A stretch of 22,521 nt of DNA, taken from positions 1 through 22,521 of the forward strand of contig JAEOTC010000213.1 in the NCBI GenBank assembly GCA_016840035.1, given 5' to 3'. Position numbers and translations under genes: made by a program. Source of the DNA: Candidatus Hodarchaeota archaeon (lineage in GTDB: Archaea > Asgardarchaeota > Heimdallarchaeia > Hodarchaeales > Hodarchaeaceae). This document shows positions 16,401 through 22,521 of the stretch, in pieces (the first letter of the stretch is position 1; every line of letters starts with the position of its first letter). The notes beneath the pieces were generated by a model. That model was not told the DNA's origin. It made no database searches and was given only the letters and a program-made list of their open reading frames with translations.

Positions 16401-17898
16401 TTGGGTTTCACCTTTATCGGAACAGCTTCTAGACACATTAGAAATTGAATATGGAAATAACGTCCAATTCTCTTCAAGATGGTGGTTATATCCTCCTTCA
16501 GATTGGGACAATGGTTATGTGAACGTTACTTCTTTATCAGCTGCCAATAGCTGGGAAGGCTGGGCAATTTTAGGTTTAGATCCTGAAGAACAGAATTTCT
16601 TCCCTCTTGCCGAAGCAATGAATTATGGATCGTGGTTTAACAAAAGTAATTCATTTGAATGTATTCTTACTGATTTTAGCGCCTCTCAATTGCAAGTTAA
16701 CGTTAATGACAGTGTATTATGGGCTGGTACTGAGTTTAAAATAGTTGGGATACTTGATAGCTCCATCTTTGATGACTTAAAAGACTACGATAATGAAGCA
16801 ATCTCCCCAAAAAATAATCATGCTTCTTCTGCAAACGTTCACATTCGGGCCAATCAAACATTTATTATTCCATCAGAAACCGCAAAGAAATTGGGAGCAT
16901 CATTATTTGCTATTTCTATATTAGCAGAAAAATCTTTAGCCACAGATATCGCTGAACTAGTTTCATCCACCTTCGGACGATATCTTGAGATTCGAGTTGG
17001 ATCGGAAAACCTCGTTACCATACACAAACGAGTAATTCAAAGCTTAGGACAAGGAATCGCAGAACTAGCAATTCCACTTACAATAGCAATCCTGTTAATG
17101 GTGAATACCTCAATAAGCACAGTATATGAATCAAAAAAGGAGATTGCAATTTTCACATCACTTGGACTAGCTCCTTTTCACATTGCAGGACTCTTTCTCG
17201 CAGAATTCTTGGTTTATGCAGTAATTGGATCAGTGATAGGATATCTTGCAGGAATCACTTCAGCAGTAACTTTATCAGTAATCGGAATGTTTCCTGAATC
17301 TTTAGCAATAAACTATAGCTCGGGATCAGTAATTAATGCTCTTGGTTTTGGTATCGCAGGAATACTTCTAAGCACAATTTACCCATTACGAATTTCTGCA
17401 AAAATCTCTGTCCCGTCTGTCAAAAGATCTTGGGAGCTTGCCACGAGACCAGGAGAGGATGGAAAGCGATGGAGCATTCCATTACCCTTTGTTGCAGCAA
17501 CTAAAGAAGAAGCGAAGGGAATTTTGGAATTTTTACGCGAGTTTTTTGTAATCTATGAATCAGAATCAGTGGGAGGCGCCTTTTTCGCAGAAAGCATTAG
17601 AACACGCGAAGTCACACGAAATGAACGACGCGAAATCCATCTCTTAGCTGTTGTATCATTAGCTCCTTTTGATATGGGGCTCAAACAGAGGACTGATTTG
17701 TTTTCCTACTTTGATGAAGAAAAAAGCAGGTGGATTTTCGAAATAGATTTATTAAAGACGGATGGTATTCTTTCAGCTTGGGAAACTTCTGTTAGACGCT
17801 TTGTAGATAGTATAAGAAAACAACTCTTAATATGGAGGAGTCTTCCTCAAAGTGAAAAGTCTACCAAGGCACAACAATTCAAAGAAAAGGTATCTTGA
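13432..17898 (+). CDS. 1488-aa fusion: N-terminal anchor + PA domain/M28-peptidase-fold domain + carboxypeptidase-regulatory-like beta domain + 3 TM + MacB/FtsX permease + cytoplasmic C-terminal domain
   Basis: GSRVTGYPG, PA-like GPLIYGKTG...GAKGVIF, NVVGYLPG..DTIVISSYFDS, PGADQACG, FHTPMDT, VPNALI...ADESGYY, RMKKRKGRTIIAL (MacB TM1), and NTSISTVYESKKEIAIFTSLGLAP..IAGLFLAE (FtsX). The GTG start overlaps the upstream stop (GTGA). Confidence 0.88.
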   Translation: MKVKVNEISQSQIYFFFLVLVAFSASASLLYGIQELEVAEKNENPNSVTEYVPTSKIESIQDFFSLSNQINNTNFPRIIDHISNLSSYGSRVTGYPGYEMAASYIHNFFAGAGLEGVDYITYPLIVPIDKNTKVSINGNNYSAFTLEPNSVHTSQISRGGISGPLIYGKTGEFTDLDGKIVKDSIVALEFNSRDNWINIAALGAKGVIFLETLESTRYEAELKNIDVPLNFPRIYIENSTTSNTLRTLSTFNNQTISVYSNMEWTSIEAKNVVGYLPGLTEDTIVISSYFDSSSVIPGIAPGADQACGIATLLELIQILKDNNISPQHRIMFLALSGHHQSATGAREFVSQNYDILNRPEGIKLFISLDLSSTNNKIGITPYGYLYRFKLQFTSGNNLYGRLKDVGEKFLVSYASDIKAETGYDFDVASYIALQTFENIAPITFLGDQEPFVASNVLGLSFFTAETNRLLFHTPMDTLDKIKPDLLKSQVVYSICAISELISEESLDNYLDLQPSSFSIRHKKHVGFGNIEGYCKIYNESTGWYTNVPNALIRITSLDTRTGAAGFYSYITQADESGYYKVRGVSSSQPDNVLKFRAEAYQFDEEGNIIKGINLGPRGQSFDPSKKLTTKTITINPTVFECGSIQIFGVNHPYTQEPVAGTINYQIIHPDTRASFFSFGFIGADSVNVVFIQPDSPSVLVGELPDGVLAVYVTNSDTDVLRGKGVSVNTGETENLGYIAFITARDLQAMTQTYVDLYTSFNIYNALVDDTLHRSLNSSAAANSFLLSLNYSKAIVAITQAQTWSYDAFKGARQVIEDGTSTTIFFAILLLPFSFAVTSLLFNFDSGVKKIITTGLIYGFTLLIFYFIHPGLHLSSNIAMVILGVIAIIFVFPALYMIYSEGYDFLKNLRVRLVGSHFADTSRTSTVLIAMSTGISRMKKRKGRTIIALSGIILITFSLTLFTSASTQVSVFTRGVETTTSYEGVQIRTKDWVSPLSEQLLDTLEIEYGNNVQFSSRWWLYPPSDWDNGYVNVTSLSAANSWEGWAILGLDPEEQNFFPLAEAMNYGSWFNKSNSFECILTDFSASQLQVNVNDSVLWAGTEFKIVGILDSSIFDDLKDYDNEAISPKNNHASSANVHIRANQTFIIPSETAKKLGASLFAISILAEKSLATDIAELVSSTFGRYLEIRVGSENLVTIHKRVIQSLGQGIAELAIPLTIAILLMVNTSISTVYESKKEIAIFTSLGLAPFHIAGLFLAEFLVYAVIGSVIGYLAGITSAVTLSVIGMFPESLAINYSSGSVINALGFGIAGILLSTIYPLRISAKISVPSVKRSWELATRPGEDGKRWSIPLPFVAATKEEAKGILEFLREFFVIYESESVGGAFFAESIRTREVTRNERREIHLLAVVSLAPFDMGLKQRTDLFSYFDEEKSRWIFEIDLLKTDGILSAWETSVRRFVDSIRKQLLIWRSLPQSEKSTKAQQFKEKVS

Positions 17899-17907
17899 GG
17901 GATTAAA

Positions 17908-19791
17908 ATGTCAGAGAATAATATTCTAGAAAGTAATACCGAGATACAATACAAGAGTGGTTTAACTTGGCGCGTTGGATTAGCAATTGTGTACTCTGCC
18001 CTTATTATCCAACCAGCGGCCATTTATCTTTATTTCGTGACTAATCAGTGGTTCATTGGAGCGGTTCTTAATACGACGATAGTTCTATTTGCTGTCTTGG
18101 CTAAGATGGCTGATAATCCATTAACCAAACAAGAAGTATTTCTGTTGATTAATGTAACTAGTACAGCATTAGGAATGGAAATGATTGTTGCAGTCGTCTT
18201 TAATTATTACGTTAAAAGTCATCCCATTACCAATTCTACTCTTATAAACGGTGTTCCTCTTAGTACCCTTATTCCCGATTGGTTTGCACCGGATTATTTT
18301 GGTCCAGTTACTACCTTATTTAATCCTGTTTTCATTCTTCCTCTGGGTTTATTAATCTTAAATGCCCTTTTAGGAAAAGCTACAGATATTTCACTAGGGA
18401 TTGTATTTAACTATTTATATACCAAGGTAGAAGTGTTACCATTTCCCACTGCAGAGGTTGAAGCTGAACGTGCAAAGAGTTTAACTTGGGAAGACAAGAG
18501 AAAATTGCAAATCTTTTCAGTTAGTGCCATCATTTCAAGTCTTCTTGGAATTATTCTCTATGCCTTCCCCTTAGTCTTGGGAATTACTATTATTCCGCTC
18601 CCATGGTTTGACTTTAATCCAGCAATAGAAGGTATATTACCTGGAGCTTCATTGGGAATAGCCACTGACATAATTGCCTTTTCCACTGGGTTTATTCTTC
18701 CCATGAATGTTGTGGTGTGCATCCTTGTCGCTTCTATCTTCATTAACATTATTATGAACCCAATTCTTGTTAACATGGGATATCTTCCAAGATGGGAAAA
18801 GGGTATGACTCTTTTAGATACCTTTAATACCTCCCAACTTGATTTTTGGCTGGGATGGACCGTAGGATTCCTTATTAGTGCCTCTCTTATTCCAGTTGCT
18901 CGTAATCCTAAAATATTTGTCCGTACAATCAAAGATCTTAGAAAACTTAGTCAGGGAAAAGGAGATGAGGTTGAAGGAGGGACACCCCGTCTAAGCATTC
19001 TTTTAGGTTTCTTCCTCTTGGGTACTGTAGGCTCGGTTATTGTTGCATCATTAATTATTCCAGATATTGGTTTTCAAATGCTCGTTATTATGCTTGTACT
19101 TGCTGTTGGTTGGAGTTTCATATCCTCTTTAGCAATGGCATATGCATTTGGAATTACTGCTAATCTTCCGCTCATTCCTTATGTTAAAGAATCCGCTTTC
19201 GTTGCTGCCGGGGCACCTTTAGGAAATGAGGTATGGTTCGTTCCATTAGTAATTTCTCAAGGAGGAGCTGGATGGGTTGCAACTTTCAAGACCGCAGATC
19301 TCACTTACACTAGAAAATCTAGCTTAATCAAAGCTCATCTAATTGCGTCATTTGTCGCATGGGGTGCCGGTATCTTCTGGGTTTCAGCGCTATTATCTTT
19401 AGCTCAAGTACCAAGCGTCATCTTTCCAGTTCCATTTTGGCCCCTCGAAGCAGGTAAAATTGTTACCTTTGTCTCCAATCCAACTGTAGTAATCAATCCA
19501 ATAATAATGGCAATAACCCTAATAGTCTCTCTCCTACTTTATGGCATTCAATGGACAACCAGTCTACCTATATCTGTAATTTCGCTAGCAGTTGGAACAA
19601 CAACAGCTGTTCCCTATGCTTTTACTACTTTCTTAGGTGCTCTGTTCGCTAGAGTTTTAAAAAGAAGAATGGTTAATTGGGATTCTGATAGAGCGATTAT
19701 TATTGCTGGTCTTGGAGCTGGTCTGGGGATAATCATTTCTCTCGCAACATTTATTTCACTCATATCAAATACAATCTCTCTTCCATTCTAA
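17908..19791 (+). CDS. OPT (oligopeptide transporter) superfamily-like membrane protein
   Basis: Highly hydrophobic 627 aa with SGLTWR, LTKQE, IPDWFAP, VEVLPFPTAEV, and PWFDF...LPGA.LGI motifs. Starts 9 nt after the upstream stop. Confidence 0.8.
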   Translation: MSENNILESNTEIQYKSGLTWRVGLAIVYSALIIQPAAIYLYFVTNQWFIGAVLNTTIVLFAVLAKMADNPLTKQEVFLLINVTSTALGMEMIVAVVFNYYVKSHPITNSTLINGVPLSTLIPDWFAPDYFGPVTTLFNPVFILPLGLLILNALLGKATDISLGIVFNYLYTKVEVLPFPTAEVEAERAKSLTWEDKRKLQIFSVSAIISSLLGIILYAFPLVLGITIIPLPWFDFNPAIEGILPGASLGIATDIIAFSTGFILPMNVVVCILVASIFINIIMNPILVNMGYLPRWEKGMTLLDTFNTSQLDFWLGWTVGFLISASLIPVARNPKIFVRTIKDLRKLSQGKGDEVEGGTPRLSILLGFFLLGTVGSVIVASLIIPDIGFQMLVIMLVLAVGWSFISSLAMAYAFGITANLPLIPYVKESAFVAAGAPLGNEVWFVPLVISQGGAGWVATFKTADLTYTRKSSLIKAHLIASFVAWGAGIFWVSALLSLAQVPSVIFPVPFWPLEAGKIVTFVSNPTVVINPIIMAITLIVSLLLYGIQWTTSLPISVISLAVGTTTAVPYAFTTFLGALFARVLKRRMVNWDSDRAIIIAGLGAGLGIIISLATFISLISNTISLPF

Positions 19792-19802
19792 GAGTTGAAA
19801 AT

Positions 19803-20483
19803 TCAGAGTCTACTTTCAACCAATTGAGTAGCTCTCCTTAAAGAAAGAGCTAAGATTTCTAGTGCTTGAAAGATTGAATCTATTACAAGAAGGTATTTCT
19901 TTTTTGAGATAATCCCTTCTAGATATTTTTCAAGATTGATATTCATAATTATATCTGTGGGACTATCATAATGGTTCTTAAATTGTTTACAATATTCTGA
20001 TAGGTCTTTAGTATTAATAGGAGGATTAAAAAGGGAAATAGTGAGTGAATCTGGAGAAATTATTGAGAATAAATTCTCTAATTGTAGCTCCTGATTTATA
20101 ATTTCGCTCAAATATGTGCTAATCTGCAATTTGGGAATTTCTTGTTGCAATTGATGTAATAATGTCTTTGGTTCCATGATATACTTTCTTCTAATCTTTC
20201 CTTTTCTTACCAGAGTGCATTCCATTCCTTTCAATCTTTGATATAATTCAACATGCTCCTTCGAGAATATCTCTTGTTCAATTATTCTGACTGAAGCAAT
20301 AAACTCCCAAGATTTATCTGCTGAATATGGAAGTCGCTTAGGTTTAAATAAGATGGAATTATAACTAGCATTATCATTTGGAATAAGAACACTCCCGCCC
20401 ATATTCGAAAGTTCTAATGTTCCATATTTCTTGAGATACTTGGCAAAAGGAACCAAGAGCATATCTGAATACGACTTTACCAT
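19803..20483 (-). CDS. Hypothetical soluble protein (226 aa)
   Basis: Long ORF that fills the gap with an ATG start; no recognisable motif. Confidence 0.6.
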   Translation of the reverse strand: MVKSYSDMLLVPFAKYLKKYGTLELSNMGGSVLIPNDNASYNSILFKPKRLPYSADKSWEFIASVRIIEQEIFSKEHVELYQRLKGMECTLVRKGKIRRKYIMEPKTLLHQLQQEIPKLQISTYLSEIINQELQLENLFSIISPDSLTISLFNPPINTKDLSEYCKQFKNHYDSPTDIIMNINLEKYLEGIISKKKYLLVIDSIFQALEILALSLRRATQLVESRL

Positions 20484-20632
20484 TAATTATCACAGTTTAT
20501 TGTAATAATGAAGACAGATTTCGATAGAAATTTCCCTTTAATAATACCCATCCCAATCAGGTGTAAATAAATTTTTTAAGTCCAATATGAATTATACCCC
20601 AAATTTCTCCCCTAGTAGATATGGTGACATCT

Positions 20633-22521
20633 ATGAAAAAATCTAAACACTCGTTCCCTGCTATATTAATGATATCACTTCTCTTAATACTCTTATTTGG
20701 ATTTAATCAACTCTATATAACACAATCATATAATTCATTTAATGGTGTTTCCTCAATTCAAGCTGATGCCCAAGCTTATAGGATTGATGTACAAATAACA
20801 GCTCCTACAGGTTATTCGTTACCCGAATATACCCCTATTATCTTCAATCTATCTTATCTTGCTAGTTTCTTCCCTCCTTCAGCAGATCCATTCGGAGATA
20901 ATACACCTGGAGATATTACAGATAATATTAAATGGCCCGCTGCTTTTATCATTGATGAGAATGGTAGCTATCTTCCTAGCCAGGTAGATAATGTTGACGG
21001 AATCATAGGTTTTACCAGTGGAGATGAGATGATTTTCCAACTCCCTCAAGGTGTAAACCTTGCAAGTGACGAGAGTGAAAGTTTTTCTATCTATTTAGGT
21101 AATCAAGAAATGGATTTGCCTGAACCTAAATATTCAGAACAATGCACTATCTATGAATATCCTTATATGGAAGAAGTTGCACTGGCTCATGGCACAGACA
21201 TGCTTGGTGAAGTGTATACAATAGAAAATGGAATTATACGTTCCAGTCCACTAGTGGATGCTGCTTGGAGTTCTGGAGGGATGTATCACCTCTCAGTAGT
21301 AAATGAAACAGGGGGAGACCGCTGGGATGCGGTAAAGCAACGATTTCAATTTGACTGGCCTTCATGGAAATGGGCACGCTTTGCTACCGTAGAACAATTC
21401 ATTGAACTCAATGATAAGGCAGGTACAAATCCATTTTTCTTACCTGATCCTGAAAATTCAATAATTACCGGCCCTGTAAGAGCTCGGATTCAAATGCGAT
21501 CTTCTGCGCCTTACGGAAAACCCGCTTCGGTTTGGGGTACTAAACCTGGAGTATATGGGTTAGTTACATATGAGTTATACGCAAATAACCCGTATCTAGA
21601 CTATACATTAGAAACTACAGGTCCTAATGCTGCTGCAAATCCTACTTTGATGATTGAATTACAGAATCGGGAGTATTCGCCAGGTGGAGCATATAGTCCG
21701 TATAAATCACTATATGTACCAGGAGTAGGCTGGATGGCACGTGCTCCTGATGATCTAGATACACATTCGGTGAATGCTGGTCAATTTTCAGAACCATGGT
21801 ATGTGGAAAAACTTGCTCCTGCGGATACTATGTTTCCCGATGAACCTGATGCTGATAAATTAGGTTTTGGAGTAATGTTTAGTACCACTGGTTTTACCAA
21901 TATCACCTATGAGAAAATTTCAGAAGATGTAAAAATTGTCTATAATGCTGCTGAATTTCCTCTTAAAGCACGCTATCTTCCGTTTGATGTCAGTCTAACT
22001 AGTAATGCAATCTCGTACATGGGTAATCACTACGATCAATGGAGTGCACCAGAACCAGCTTATTCAATTTCAGTGATCGAGATTGCTGAAAGTGAACTAC
22101 CTTTTGATTATATCAGTGTATCAGAACCAGAGGTCCAACCGTTTTGGGCCAAGGTTGGTGAAACAGTTTCGATATCCAATATCACTGCAAATGCCTCTAC
22201 AATTGGATTTCTGACAGGCGATACAACAGGAACTACGCACGAATATCAGATCCTCAGCTTTGACACGGAACAAGTGGTTTCTATTGGAGATTTGTCATGG
22301 GATCCTGCTGATTCTACATGGGGTGCCGCGAATGTAGATTTATCGGGTATTCCTGAAAACCAATATTACACCGCACAGGGAAATTTTAGCCTCGAATCTA
22401 TCACTATTCCAAGTGAATTTTGGGTAGGCCCGAAAAGTGAAAAGTTTTGGTATGGTAATGAAGATCCTCCCATTGATCTTAAACCTCCTATTATTTCGAG
22501 TGTCCTTCAGACTCCTATGAA
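20633..22521 (+). CDS. Secreted/surface protein, DUF4861-like or galactose-mutarotase-like beta-supersandwich followed by Ig-like regions; 3' end truncated
   Basis: Not in the ORF track because it runs off the window. Manual translation: MKKSKHSFPAILMISLLLILLFGF (signal peptide)...IIDENGSYLPSQVDNVDG...GDEMIFQ...YTIENG...IITGPVRARIQM...VTYELYANNPY...DLKPPIISSV. GGTGA RBS at 20623-20627. The frame stays open for about 629 codons to the window end. Acidic composition with several N-x-S/T sequons. Confidence 0.75.
   Translation, partial: MKKSKHSFPAILMISLLLILLFGFNQLYITQSYNSFNGVSSIQADAQAYRIDVQITAPTGYSLPEYTPIIFNLSYLASFFPPSADPFGDNTPGDITDNIKWPAAFIIDENGSYLPSQVDNVDGIIGFTSGDEMIFQLPQGVNLASDESESFSIYLGNQEMDLPEPKYSEQCTIYEYPYMEEVALAHGTDMLGEVYTIENGIIRSSPLVDAAWSSGGMYHLSVVNETGGDRWDAVKQRFQFDWPSWKWARFATVEQFIELNDKAGTNPFFLPDPENSIITGPVRARIQMRSSAPYGKPASVWGTKPGVYGLVTYELYANNPYLDYTLETTGPNAAANPTLMIELQNREYSPGGAYSPYKSLYVPGVGWMARAPDDLDTHSVNAGQFSEPWYVEKLAPADTMFPDEPDADKLGFGVMFSTTGFTNITYEKISEDVKIVYNAAEFPLKARYLPFDVSLTSNAISYMGNHYDQWSAPEPAYSISVIEIAESELPFDYISVSEPEVQPFWAKVGETVSISNITANASTIGFLTGDTTGTTHEYQILSFDTEQVVSIGDLSWDPADSTWGAANVDLSGIPENQYYTAQGNFSLESITIPSEFWVGPKSEKFWYGNEDPPIDLKPPIISSVLQTPM

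Noticed and set aside
1560-18932. Short overlapping ORFs in the track (1560-1793, 2476-2688, 3045-3383, 4811-5011, 4887-5390, 5412-5630, 6541-6831, 6711-6902, 6952-7260, 8980-9189, 9985-10200, 11820-12056, 12484-12681, 13102-13368, 13228-13467, 16176-16511, 18558-18932)
   Set aside because: All are antisense or off-frame shadows of well-supported genes and have no recognisable motifs.
1-22521. CRISPR arrays, tRNA/rRNA genes, transposases, integrases or frameshifted pseudogenes
   Set aside because: No periodic repeats or RNA-gene signatures were seen in the short intergenic gaps, and all major ORFs appear intact with no mobile-element motifs.

Overview
AT-rich, gene-dense archaeal window. Archaeal origin is supported by cofD, an MJ0144-type Dus-like gene, a BRE/TATA promoter, a GGTGA ribosome-binding site and many N-glycosylation sequons in the exported proteins. 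An Asgard/Heimdallarchaeia origin is only a guess from protein style. The left end (1-2862) holds cofactor genes: a partial MJ0144/Dus-like gene tightly coupled to cofD, and a divergent lipoate-protein ligase. The rest (3064-22521) looks like one uncharacterised membrane system spread over several transcription units. Its components are a stand-alone PqqD/RRE-fold protein, a tandem PsbP/Mog1-like protein, a Zn-dependent polyol-type dehydrogenase, a small 4-Cys protein, a minimal FtsX/MacB permease with no extracellular domain, two MacB/LolD-type ATPases and a 61-aa 2-TM protein. It also includes an 819-aa (alpha/alpha)-toroid glycosidase-like protein, two divergent OPT-superfamily-like proteins flanking a 1488-aa fusion (PA + M28-fold domain with a rewired active site + beta domains + MacB/FtsX permease + cytoplasmic tail), and a truncated secreted DUF4861-like protein. 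The best hypothesis (inference) is an ABC type VII plus OPT hybrid surface-capture and uptake machine, possibly for glycans or glycopeptides, whose pseudo-peptidase receptor domain resembles nicastrin/nicalin. No RNA genes, CRISPR arrays or mobile elements were seen. All family assignments come from motif recognition by eye, not database searches.
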